Assembly (NCBI GenBank): GCA_041549835.1
Contig: JBFEQB010000004.1
Span: forward strand, 14,486-78,485
Direction of reading: 5' to 3'
Source: Luteolibacter sp.
GTDB taxonomy: Bacteria > Verrucomicrobiota > Verrucomicrobiia > Verrucomicrobiales > Akkermansiaceae
DNA length: 64,000 nucleotides
The notes beneath the pieces were generated by a model. It did not search any database and had not been told where the DNA came from. It worked only from the letters and a program-made list of their open reading frames with translations. This document shows, piece after piece, positions 29,362 to 38,423 of this stretch. Positions within the stretch are counted from its first letter, which is position 1. Each line of letters opens with the position of its first letter. The position numbers and the translations under genes were made by a program.

Positions 29362-29434
29362 GTAGCGGCGCTCGATGAGCGTCGAGGCCCAAGAGATGCA
29401 TCGTAGCGACGGTCGCAGACCGTCTCTACGATGC
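29362..29434. repeat. palindromic intergenic repeat element, copy A
   Basis: GTAGCGGCG..ATGAGCGTCG..GCC module plus a CGACGGTCGCAGACCGTCTCTACGATGC module. Contains a 37-nt near-perfect palindrome (29398-29434). A second copy lies at 53519-53611. Confidence 0.7.
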
Positions 29435-29437
29435 CAA

Positions 29438-30883
29438 TCAATCCGCCTCATGCGCGGGCGGGCCCGTCTCGAAGCGCATCAGATCCGCGATGAAGGTGAG
29501 CGGGATGTGGCCGGTTTCGCCGTTGCGGTTTTTCGCGAGCACGAGTTCCGCCTTGCCGGCCTCGGCATCTTTTTCCTCGGCGCTTTCGGCATAGTAAGCC
29601 GTCCGGTAGAGAAGGCCGACCATATCCGCGTCCTGCTCGATCGCCCCGGATTCCCGGAGATCGGACATGCGCGGCACGCCGAGACTTTTGCCGGTGCGGC
29701 TTTCCGGGCCGCGGTTGAGCTGGGCGAGAATGATGATGGGAATCTCCAGCTCCTTGGCGAGCCCCTTGATGCCTGCGGAAATTTCCGCGATTTCCCGCTC
29801 GCGCGAGTTTTCCGCCTGCTTGGTGCGGGATTTCATCAACTGAAGGTAGTCGATCGCGATGAACTGGATGTCCTCGTCGCGTTTTTTCCGGCGGGCTTTG
29901 GCTCGGAGTTCGTTGATGGAAATGCCCGGCGTATCATCGATGAATAACTTTGAAGCGGTGGTCTCCACCGCAGCGCGCTGGATGCGCTGGAGGTCGCCCT
30001 TGTTCGGCGTGTAGCCCCGCGAGAGCTGGCTCATCGCAAACTTTGCCCGTGAGAAAACAAGGCGCTGCACCAACTGGAACGCGCTCATCTCGCAGGAAAA
30101 CACCATGCTCGCCTTGCTTTGATCGAGGCAAATGTGCTCGACGATGTTCATCATCAGAGAGGTCTTGCCCATCGATGGTCGGGCGGCGACGACGAACATT
30201 TCCCCCGATTTCAAGCCACTGCTCATGCGGTCCAGTTCCTCGAATCCGGTGGAGATCCCCTGCGCCCCCTTTTCTCCGGCGAGAAGCGATTGGAATTGCT
30301 CCAACACCTCTTCCACCGATTGTTTGATGGTGGGAGCCTTGTTCGTCTCCGAACCCTCGCGGATGTTGAGGATTTTCGCCTCCACCGAGTCCAACAACCC
30401 GGCGACCTCATCCGGCGCGTCATAAGCCTGGGCGATCGCTTCATTGGAGTTCTGGATGATCGAGCGCAGGACGAACTTGTCCTTCACGTGCTGAAGATGA
30501 TGGCGGAAATGCCCCGGACTCGGCGCGTAGGTGTAAAGATCCGTCAGCGCCGCAGGCCCGCCGACCCGGTCAAGCAATCCGCGGTCTAGCAGACGCTGCA
30601 CCAGCGACACCAACTCAACCTCTTGCCCGCCTTCGAACAAGCCGATGAGAAACTCGTAAAGCGTCGAGTGAGCAGGCAGATAGAAATGCTGCTTGGTGAG
30701 CTTCTCCTCGATCGCCGCGCCGATGTATTCCTGAGGATCCTGCAACATCGAGGAAAGCAGGCTTTTCTCAGGACCGAGCGCGTGCGGCAGGGCACGAGTT
30801 ACGTCGTCCACCGTCTGGGCTCCTTCCTGCAAGGACGGACTTGGTTTGGGGGATGCGGGCGGGGATTTCAGTTCGGTGGCCAT
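29438..30883 (-). CDS. dnaB: replicative DNA helicase
   Basis: Walker A AARPSMGKTS, ..FIDDTPGISI.., ..IAIDYLQLM... ATG 30883 (MATELKSPP..) is preferred over the 576-aa track ORF. Confidence 0.9.
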   Translation of the reverse strand: MATELKSPPASPKPSPSLQEGAQTVDDVTRALPHALGPEKSLLSSMLQDPQEYIGAAIEEKLTKQHFYLPAHSTLYEFLIGLFEGGQEVELVSLVQRLLDRGLLDRVGGPAALTDLYTYAPSPGHFRHHLQHVKDKFVLRSIIQNSNEAIAQAYDAPDEVAGLLDSVEAKILNIREGSETNKAPTIKQSVEEVLEQFQSLLAGEKGAQGISTGFEELDRMSSGLKSGEMFVVAARPSMGKTSLMMNIVEHICLDQSKASMVFSCEMSAFQLVQRLVFSRAKFAMSQLSRGYTPNKGDLQRIQRAAVETTASKLFIDDTPGISINELRAKARRKKRDEDIQFIAIDYLQLMKSRTKQAENSREREIAEISAGIKGLAKELEIPIIILAQLNRGPESRTGKSLGVPRMSDLRESGAIEQDADMVGLLYRTAYYAESAEEKDAEAGKAELVLAKNRNGETGHIPLTFIADLMRFETGPPAHEAD

Positions 30884-31026
30884 AAAGCGGCGCGAAGATT
30901 GGCAAATCCACTGCCACCCGGTCAATCTTGGCAGTTGGAGAATATCCTGTGAACTCGTGTGAGCAACTCCCCCACCCGCTGACGCCCAATGCTTGATGCA
31001 TCTGCAAAAATCGGCAAAGTTCCGCC

Positions 31027-31479
31027 ATGCGAGCCGTGATTCAACGAGTGCTTGAAGCGTCAGTTGCCATTGATGGGAAGAGCGTTTCCCGGATAGGCCC
31101 CGGGCTGATGATACTGCTGGGCGTGGAGGACACCGATGGTGCCGCGGACGTGGAATGGCTCGCTGCAAAAACCGCGAAGATGCGGATTTTTTCCGATGCG
31201 GACGCCAAAATGAACCTCTCGGTCACCGAAACCGGCGGCGAGGTGCTGGTGGTGAGCCAGTTCACCCTCCACGCCTCCACGAAAAAGGGCAATCGCCCGT
31301 CTTTCATCCGGGCGGCGGCACCAGGCCATTCGGAGCCGCTTTACGAAGATTTTTGCGCCGCAATCCAGCGGGAGACCGGCAAACCCGTCGCTCGCGGAGT
31401 CTTCGGCGGGGATATGAAGATCACCCTCGTCAACGATGGCCCGGTGACCATTGTGATCGATACGAAGGCCCGTGAGTGA
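31027..31479 (+). CDS. dtd: D-aminoacyl-tRNA deacylase
   Basis: 150-aa [11 protein letters not shown].., SQFTL motif and ..NDGPVT... Confidence 0.9.
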   Translation: MRAVIQRVLEASVAIDGKSVSRIGPGLMILLGVEDTDGAADVEWLAAKTAKMRIFSDADAKMNLSVTETGGEVLVVSQFTLHASTKKGNRPSFIRAAAPGHSEPLYEDFCAAIQRETGKPVARGVFGGDMKITLVNDGPVTIVIDTKARE

Positions 31480-31525
31480 GCATTCTCTTGCAAGGCAGGA
31501 AGCAGCTGCCTAGTTTTCCGCCGCC

Positions 31526-32674
31526 GTGCCGACTAACGCCATTCTCGCCCTAGAAGACGGACGCTGTTTCGAAGGAACCGCGTTCGGAGCCACCGGAACC
31601 ACCACCGGGGAAATCTGTTTCAACACCTCGATGACGGGGTATCAGGAAGTCATCACCGATCCGTCCTACCGTGGGCAGATCGTGAGTATGACCTACCCGC
31701 AGATCGGCAACTACGGCGTCAATCCCGAGGACGCCGAATCCAGCGGCCCACACATCCGCGCGTTTGTCATCGGCGAACTTTGCGAGGTCCCCTCCAACTG
31801 GCGCTCCAGCCAGCCGCTCTCCGAATACCTCGCCGAACACCAGATCCTCGGCATCGAAGGCATCGACACCCGCGCGCTCACCAAACACCTGCGTTCGCTC
31901 GGAGCGATGCGCGCCTGCGTCAGCACCGAGCTCAGCGCCGAGGACGCCATCGCCGCCGCCAAAGCCTCGCCCTCAATGGAGGGCATGGACTACGTGAAGG
32001 AAGTCTCCACGCCCGAGCCCTACCCTTGGGTGGCAGAATCCCGCGAGTGGGTGCTGCCCAACGTGCTCACCGGCCAACCAGGCCCCTATGACGATCTTCC
32101 ACCGGTCCGCCACCGCATCGTAGCCTACGATTTCGGCATCAAGTTCAACATTCTGCGCCGCCTGCGCCAAGCCGGCTTCGAGGTCGAGGTGGTGCCCTCC
32201 ACCACCACCGCCGCCGAAGTGCTCGCCAAAAACCCGGACGGGGTTTTCCTCTCCAACGGCCCCGGCGATCCCGCCGCGTTGGATTACATCCACGGCGAAC
32301 TCCGCCAACTGCTCGGCAGGAAACCGATCTTCGGCATCTGCCTCGGCAACCAACTCCTCGCCCACGCCTTCGGCGGAACAACCTTCAAACTGAAATTCGG
32401 CCATCGCGGCGGGAACCAACCGGTCAAAGACCTCCGCAGTGGAAAAATCTCCATCACCTCCCAAAACCACGGCTTCGCGGTCGATCCGGATTCGCTGCCG
32501 CCGGAGATCGAGGTCACCCACGTCAACTTGAACGACGGCACCGTCGAGGGCATGCGCCACCGCGAACTGCCGGTCTTCAGCGTGCAATACCACCCCGAAG
32601 CCGCACCCGGCCCGAACGATGCCTCTTACTTCTTCGAAGAATTCTCACGTCTGATCGACGAAGTTAAGAGTTAA
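31526..32674 (+). CDS. carA: carbamoyl-phosphate synthase small (glutaminase) subunit
   Basis: 382-aa ORF with a GTG start. ..PIFGICLGNQLL.. catalytic Cys and ..VQYHPEA... Confidence 0.93.
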   Translation: MPTNAILALEDGRCFEGTAFGATGTTTGEICFNTSMTGYQEVITDPSYRGQIVSMTYPQIGNYGVNPEDAESSGPHIRAFVIGELCEVPSNWRSSQPLSEYLAEHQILGIEGIDTRALTKHLRSLGAMRACVSTELSAEDAIAAAKASPSMEGMDYVKEVSTPEPYPWVAESREWVLPNVLTGQPGPYDDLPPVRHRIVAYDFGIKFNILRRLRQAGFEVEVVPSTTTAAEVLAKNPDGVFLSNGPGDPAALDYIHGELRQLLGRKPIFGICLGNQLLAHAFGGTTFKLKFGHRGGNQPVKDLRSGKISITSQNHGFAVDPDSLPPEIEVTHVNLNDGTVEGMRHRELPVFSVQYHPEAAPGPNDASYFFEEFSRLIDEVKS

Positions 32675-32722
32675 TGGTTATTCGTTAAAAGGATTCTCAC
32701 TCATGACTTTTAACCATTAACT
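32669..32722 (+). other. AT-rich perfect 12-bp stem-loop spanning the carA stop and the carA-purA spacer
   Basis: AGTTAATGGTTA (32669-32680) is the exact reverse complement of TAACCATTAACT (32711-32722), with a 30-nt loop. Confidence 0.5.
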
Positions 32723-32747
32723 TCTAACCCAACATATCCAGATTTTC

Positions 32748-34028
32748 ATGAACACCATCATCACCGGCCTCCAATGGGGAGACGAAGGCAAGGGCAAGAT
32801 CGTCGACTACCTCACTGATTCCGCGGACGTCGTCATCCGCGGCCAAGGCGGCAACAACGCAGGACACACGGTCATCGCCAATGGCTCGAAATACGTGCTC
32901 CACCTGCTGCCCTCCGGCATCCTCTGGGATGACAAAACCAACGTCATCGGAAACGGCGTCGTGCTTGATCCCGTGGGACTCGTGCAGGAAATCCAACGCG
33001 TCGAGAGCCAGGGCATTGCCATCACACCCGACAAGCTGCTGATTTCCGACCGCGCCCACGTGGTACTTCCCTTCCACAAGGAACTCGATGCCGCCCGCGA
33101 GGCCTCACTCGGCGACCAGAAAATAGGAACCACCAAACGCGGCATCGGCCCGTCTTACGCCGACAAGATCAACCGCTGCGGCCTGCGCATGGCAGATCTT
33201 CTCGACCGCGAGTTCGCCACCGCGCAAATCACCCGCCGCGTGGCCGAGGCAAACGAAATCCTCTCCCGCTATGATCTCACCACCTTCGAGGCGGGCCCGG
33301 TGATCGACGAGGTCTACACCGCTTTCGAACGGCTCCGCCCGCACATCACCAACACCATTCCCGTCGTTCATGCGGCTTGGAAAAACGGTAAAACCCTCCT
33401 GTTTGAAGGAGCTCAGGGCACCTTGCTCGACATCGATTTCGGAACTTATCCCTTCGTCACTTCGTCGAACACCACCGCCGGAGGTTCCTGCACGGGCTCC
33501 GGCCTGCCACCCACCGCCATTGATGCGGTGGTCGGTGTTTGCAAGGCCTACACCACGCGCGTCGGTTCCGGTCCCTTCCCCACTGTGGACGAGGGCCTCT
33601 CGGAATACCTGCACGGCCTCGGCCGCGAATTCGGTGCCACCACCGGCCGGCCCCGCGGTTGCGGCTGGCTGGACACGGTGTTGCTGCGCTTCGCCTGCAT
33701 GGTCAATGGGGTCACAGGCCTCGCCGTCACCAATGTGGATGGCCTGGACGCCTACGCCACCCTCCAGATTTGCACCGGTTACGAGATTGACGGTGAAATC
33801 CACTCGCTTCCTCCCGCCGACCGCTCGTCATGGGACCGCGCCGTTCCCGTTTACGAGTCCATGCCAGGCTGGCAGTCCGACACCACCGCCTGCACGGAAT
33901 ACGCCCAACTCCCGGAACGCGCCAAGGCCTACCTCACCCGCCTTGGCGAACTCTGCGACGCCCCCATCGCCTTCGTCGGCGTAGGACCTGACCGGCTGCA
34001 GACACTCGTCGTCCCATCAGACTTGTAG
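32748..34028 (+). CDS. purA: adenylosuccinate synthase
   Basis: 426-aa ORF. QWGDEGKGK P-loop, ..GTTKRGIGP.. and ..TGRPRGCGW... Confidence 0.94.
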   Translation: MNTIITGLQWGDEGKGKIVDYLTDSADVVIRGQGGNNAGHTVIANGSKYVLHLLPSGILWDDKTNVIGNGVVLDPVGLVQEIQRVESQGIAITPDKLLISDRAHVVLPFHKELDAAREASLGDQKIGTTKRGIGPSYADKINRCGLRMADLLDREFATAQITRRVAEANEILSRYDLTTFEAGPVIDEVYTAFERLRPHITNTIPVVHAAWKNGKTLLFEGAQGTLLDIDFGTYPFVTSSNTTAGGSCTGSGLPPTAIDAVVGVCKAYTTRVGSGPFPTVDEGLSEYLHGLGREFGATTGRPRGCGWLDTVLLRFACMVNGVTGLAVTNVDGLDAYATLQICTGYEIDGEIHSLPPADRSSWDRAVPVYESMPGWQSDTTACTEYAQLPERAKAYLTRLGELCDAPIAFVGVGPDRLQTLVVPSDL

Positions 34029-34033
34029 CATCC

Positions 34034-34744
34034 ATGCCGGAATTCCCTGATATCCCCCGCCACATCGCCATCATCATGGATGGTAACGGCCGCTGGGCGA
34101 AAGAGCGCGGCTTGCCGCGCCGGGAAGGTCACCGGGCGGGCGCGGAATCCGTCCGCGAGGTGGCCGACACCTGCATTGAACTCGGCGTCGAATACCTCAC
34201 GCTCTATGCGTTTTCCTCGGAAAACTGGAACCGCCCCGAGTCCGAGGTCAAAGCCCTGATGGCCCTGCTTGATCGATTTCTCTCGGAAAAGGCCAAGGAC
34301 CTCAAAAAACAGAACATCCGCCTGCTCGCAATCGGCCAACTCGACCGCCTGCCCGCCAAAACCCGCGCCCTGCTGGAAAAAATCATGGCGCAAACCGCGG
34401 ATCACAGCGCGATGACGCTGGTCCTGGCTCTCTCCTACGGCGGCCGTGAGGAAATCATTTCCGCCGCCCGTTCACTCGCCACCGATGCCGCCGCCGGCAC
34501 AGTCTCCCCGGAACAGATCGACGCCGAACTCTTCGCTTCGCGCCTCCAGACCTCGGGCATCCCCGATCCGGATCTCCTGATTCGCACCTCCGGCGAAATG
34601 CGCGTCTCCAATTTCCTGCTCTGGCAGATCAGCTACGCGGAAATCGTCATTGTGAAAAAGTTCTGGCCGGAATTCCGCCGCAACGACCTGATTGAAGCTG
34701 TGCGCGAATACCAGCGCCGTCACCGGCGCTTCGGTTCGCTGTGA
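34034..34744 (+). CDS. uppS: isoprenyl transferase (undecaprenyl-diphosphate synthase)
   Basis: 236-aa ORF. HIAIIMDGNGRWA, ..TLYAFSSENW.. and ..RTSGEMRVSNFLLWQ... Confidence 0.9.
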   Translation: MPEFPDIPRHIAIIMDGNGRWAKERGLPRREGHRAGAESVREVADTCIELGVEYLTLYAFSSENWNRPESEVKALMALLDRFLSEKAKDLKKQNIRLLAIGQLDRLPAKTRALLEKIMAQTADHSAMTLVLALSYGGREEIISAARSLATDAAAGTVSPEQIDAELFASRLQTSGIPDPDLLIRTSGEMRVSNFLLWQISYAEIVIVKKFWPEFRRNDLIEAVREYQRRHRRFGSL

Positions 34745-34752
34745 ACTTCGGC

Positions 34753-35706
34753 TCACATGCCCGGCAACTGGATCCGTTTCGAATATTGATACGAGTTCTT
34801 GGCCATGAACTCCGCCGCTTGATCGGCGCTGAACGGGCGGCGGCGTAATTGGTCAACCCCCGCATCCGTCAAGACAGTAAGCGAAATCTCCACCGCCTTG
34901 ACGTTTCCGGTTTGCAACTCCTCCGCCGAGACTCCGGCCCCGTATGCCGACGCCACAATCCCGCTGCCCCGGATGCTGAACGAATCGGTCACCAACCCTG
35001 AATTACGCTGACCGACCGTCACCGGCACCGTCAGCATCGTGGTGGACGCCCCGGTGCCTTGCGCCACTTCGATCAGGAACGTGACGGTAAACTGGAATAC
35101 ATTCTCGCAGATGAAATTCTCCGGCTTGTCGAGCTTGGAGGAGTAGGATCCGAACGACCTCTCCAAATCAGAGCTGCCCAGCAAATCCCGGAACGTCTCG
35201 TCCGGATCCACCAGAATCCTGTTCAACACGAAGGTCTTGAAGGGCGAATCATCACCCCCGATCGGGTCTTTGTAAGCGAGACGGTAAGCGACACAGGAAA
35301 CATCGCCACCTTCCGGATCATCGGAGGTGTTCATCTTTCCATCGCGACCCGCAAGGTCGCCATTGTAGCGGTCCATGGCGGCCGAGAAGAAGATAAGATC
35401 GGCGGCGTTACTGCTTTGCAAGCCGTCCGGTCCAAGACTGGAGGTCAAGACACTTTCCGCCAGAAGCCATTCGCTATCATTGCCGCTTCGAGTGACCAGT
35501 GCTTCAAAATCGCGGCCCATGGTCTCCACCATGGCTTTGGCCTGACGGGCCGCGCGGAGTTCCGAGCGGCTACGGTTCCATGTCTCAATGGCGATCGAGG
35601 TAATGGAGACCAACACCGAGACAATGATCGTCGTGATCGCCATGGCGACCATCAATTCCATCAAGGTGAAACCGCGTCTGAAATGGGATGCCCGTTGGAT
35701 TTTCAT
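34753..35706 (-). CDS. prepilin-type N-terminal cleavage/methylation protein (GspJ-like minor pseudopilin)
   Basis: 317-aa ORF with N-terminal RRGFTLMELMVAMAITTIIV. Confidence 0.7.
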   Translation of the reverse strand: MKIQRASHFRRGFTLMELMVAMAITTIIVSVLVSITSIAIETWNRSRSELRAARQAKAMVETMGRDFEALVTRSGNDSEWLLAESVLTSSLGPDGLQSSNAADLIFFSAAMDRYNGDLAGRDGKMNTSDDPEGGDVSCVAYRLAYKDPIGGDDSPFKTFVLNRILVDPDETFRDLLGSSDLERSFGSYSSKLDKPENFICENVFQFTVTFLIEVAQGTGASTTMLTVPVTVGQRNSGLVTDSFSIRGSGIVASAYGAGVSAEELQTGNVKAVEISLTVLTDAGVDQLRRRPFSADQAAEFMAKNSYQYSKRIQLPGM

Positions 35707-35725
35707 GAACGTTTCTCGATAATGC

Positions 35726-36451
35726 TCAGCGGCGCACCGCCAGATTCCGGGTGAACACCGGGTTCTTCAATGTGGGGAAGTTCTTGACGAAACGGGTGTC
35801 GAAATACTGTTTCGTTTTCGCCGGCAACGAGTAAAAGTCCGCCGCAAAAGCGATCACCGCTTCGGGGTAAAGGTCCACGGTCCCCGCCGTGCTGCCGGGG
35901 TTGTTCGGATCGACAATCCGCCCGGGCTTTCCCGTGATTAGGCCGTCATCCTTCCGGCTGAAGACCAACTGCGTGCATTTCACGAGATAGACGCGGCCCT
36001 CCAACGCCGTCAAATCTTCGGCAAAATCGCTATCACCCTTCCGGCGAACCATGGCCTGAACCACATAATCCCTGCCGGGAAGCTTGCCGGTGGTGTCCCG
36101 CACCGGTTCGGGAGTTCCATCCTGACGAACGTTCGAGAGGCTACCGCGGTATTGATACACCAGGATGGCATCATCCGGCTTGTCCGCCCCATCCTTGATC
36201 CACTCAAAGGCTTTACCAAATCCAGTGTTGTATTTGATCTTTTCCCGGCTCCCCCTGATCGTCACCAGTTCCTGCTCCAGCGTGGTGCTGAGCCGGTCGG
36301 CTTCCTGAGCGTTGAGCGTCTTTTTGATACCGGCGGCGGCCGGCGCGAAAACGATGATGAATCCCGTCAGCAAGACGGCAAGCACACCGATCGCGATCAC
36401 GGTTTCCAGAAGGGTGAATCCGCGTTTGCGGAATGAAGATTGCGCTTTCAT
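35726..36451 (-). CDS. prepilin-type N-terminal cleavage/methylation protein (minor pseudopilin)
   Basis: 241-aa ORF with N-terminal KRGFTLLETVIAIGVLAVLL. Confidence 0.7.
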   Translation of the reverse strand: MKAQSSFRKRGFTLLETVIAIGVLAVLLTGFIIVFAPAAAGIKKTLNAQEADRLSTTLEQELVTIRGSREKIKYNTGFGKAFEWIKDGADKPDDAILVYQYRGSLSNVRQDGTPEPVRDTTGKLPGRDYVVQAMVRRKGDSDFAEDLTALEGRVYLVKCTQLVFSRKDDGLITGKPGRIVDPNNPGSTAGTVDLYPEAVIAFAADFYSLPAKTKQYFDTRFVKNFPTLKNPVFTRNLAVRR

Positions 36452-36454
36452 GAA

Positions 36455-37216
36455 TCAGAACGTTTCCCCAGAGCTGATGGACTTGAGCCCCTCTCCCATT
36501 TGATCGGGGCTGCGGAAGACGGAGGTCCTTCCGTTGCGCCAGATCACGAAGCCACCGAAATCACGTTTGCCGCTGGCTGTGACACGGGGCGGTTGGGTGG
36601 TGGCTGGCAGGTTGTTTTTTCGGACACCGCTGCCGATGATGAAGCTGGCGCCCCTTTCATATTTGGCGACGCCCTGGGCATTGAATTCGTAGATGAAGTA
36701 TTCGCCTTGGTATGCTTTCGACACTTCATCCAGAACAAGCGTGTCGATCGGTCCGGTGTTCGAAGTCTCGACCGCGTCGGGATCGGCCGCGTGATCCTTC
36801 TTACTGAACTTCTCGCTGAAAAACGTCTGATCCGGAAGCACAATGCCGCGACTGGAAAGCACCCATGTCGGATCCGCCCTTTCGGGATATTTCGGGGTGC
36901 CGTCGGCGTTGGTTTCCTCGTAGGCAACCACGATGCGCCGGAGATCGTTCTCGGAATTGTTGGTGAGGGATCGCGCAATCAGGACGCAGGTCCTCAGATT
37001 CCGCGCAACGGCCGTGGACCGTGCCTCTTCAAAGATGGACTCCGCAGTGGCCACGCCGCTGGTCACCCCTTTCCCTCCCATGCCACTGAGCCCGATGGAT
37101 CCGGCGGTCATCAGAATGGAAAGGATGGCGATGACAACCAGCATCTCCACCAAGGTGAAGGCGGTCTTGCCCGCTCGGGGCTTGGATCTCGGCTGAAACG
37201 ATTGCATGGGTTCCAA
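36455..37216 (-). CDS. prepilin-type N-terminal cleavage/methylation protein (GspH/FimT-like pseudopilin)
   Basis: 253-aa ORF with N-terminal GKTAFTLVEMLVVIAILSILM. Confidence 0.7.
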   Translation of the reverse strand: MEPMQSFQPRSKPRAGKTAFTLVEMLVVIAILSILMTAGSIGLSGMGGKGVTSGVATAESIFEEARSTAVARNLRTCVLIARSLTNNSENDLRRIVVAYEETNADGTPKYPERADPTWVLSSRGIVLPDQTFFSEKFSKKDHAADPDAVETSNTGPIDTLVLDEVSKAYQGEYFIYEFNAQGVAKYERGASFIIGSGVRKNNLPATTQPPRVTASGKRDFGGFVIWRNGRTSVFRSPDQMGEGLKSISSGETF

Positions 37217-37281
37217 ATCGGGTTGGTGAAAACTGGGATTGCTTGCTCAAATCCGCAAGCGGAAATGTCAATACATCGCAA

Positions 37282-38307
37282 TTACGAGGGTTGGGCATTT
37301 GGCGGGAATCTGCCGTGGTTCGGGCCACTGGCCCAGAGCCATGCGGGGCGAACCATTTCGCGCACATCCTTGCGGCTGGCCTCCCAGCCGAGAAGTTGCT
37401 TGGCGAGCGAGGGATCAGCCACGAGCGAATCCGGATCGCCGGGGCGGCGCGGGCCGTATTTTACAGGCACGGTCTTACCAGTGACTTCCTCGACGGCCTG
37501 GATGATCTGTTTCACCGAGACTCCTACACCGGTGCCGAGATTGCAGCGGACGGATTCGCCACCGGCGGCCAGATGATCGAGCGCACGGGCATGGGCGTCG
37601 GCAAGATCCTCGACGTGGATGTAGTCGCGAATGCAGGTCCCGTCGGGCGTCTTGTAGTCGGTGCCGAAGACCTCGATGCAATCGATTTCCCCGGTGACGG
37701 CCATCATCACGCGCGGAATCAGATGGGTTTCCGGATCATGGTCCTCGCCTATTTTCCCATCCGGCGAACAGCCGCTGGCATTGAAGTAGCGAAGGCAGGC
37801 GCTGCGCAGGCCCCAAGCGTGGTCGCAATCCTTGAGAACCCACTCGACCATGAGCTTGCTGCGGCCGTAAGGATTGATGGGGTCCTGCGTGTTGCTCTCG
37901 GTGATCGGCAGCTTCTCCGGCACCCCGTAAGTCGCGCAGGTAGAGGAGAAAACGAACACCTTGCAGTCGAACTCCTGCATCACCTGAAGTAGTTTGATCG
38001 GCTCTGCGGTGTTGTTCTGGTAATACTTCAGCGGGTTGGTGACGGATTCCCCGACATAGGCGTAGGCGGCAAAGTGAACGACCGCACCGAACCGATGTTT
38101 CTCAAACAACGCGCGCACCAGCCCCTGGTCACCCACATCGCCCACGACCAACTCGACTCCCGGATCGACGATCGCCTGCTCGTGCCCGAAAACCAGATTG
38201 TCCAGCACGACGACTTTTCTTCCTTGGCTGGCCAGCAGGCGAACCGTGTGGGAACCAATATATCCGGCTCCGCCGGTGACGAGGATGGGTGCGTTTTGCA
38301 TGGTCAT
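37282..38307 (-). CDS. galE: UDP-glucose 4-epimerase
   Basis: ILVTGGAGYIGSH, ..YGRSK.. catalytic YxxxK. ATG 38307 (MTMQNAP..) is preferred over the track start. Confidence 0.9.
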   Translation of the reverse strand: MTMQNAPILVTGGAGYIGSHTVRLLASQGRKVVVLDNLVFGHEQAIVDPGVELVVGDVGDQGLVRALFEKHRFGAVVHFAAYAYVGESVTNPLKYYQNNTAEPIKLLQVMQEFDCKVFVFSSTCATYGVPEKLPITESNTQDPINPYGRSKLMVEWVLKDCDHAWGLRSACLRYFNASGCSPDGKIGEDHDPETHLIPRVMMAVTGEIDCIEVFGTDYKTPDGTCIRDYIHVEDLADAHARALDHLAAGGESVRCNLGTGVGVSVKQIIQAVEEVTGKTVPVKYGPRRPGDPDSLVADPSLAKQLLGWEASRKDVREMVRPAWLWASGPNHGRFPPNAQPS

Positions 38308-38423
38308 TTCCTGGAGCGATGAAACCGGAGAAAGGAGGCTACTGTCAACCCATCGAACCAAAGGCTTTGAAATTCCCACAAAATCCATTCGAATAAACCG
38401 CTGGCCCGTGCTGTCGTAGGTTT

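Noticed and set aside
27254-29441. Two long minus-strand ORFs (383 aa and 347 aa) antisense to hflK and hflC
   Set aside because: They are Gly/Asp/Ala/Val-rich with no motifs and mirror well-supported plus-strand SPFH genes. These are typical GC-rich shadow ORFs.
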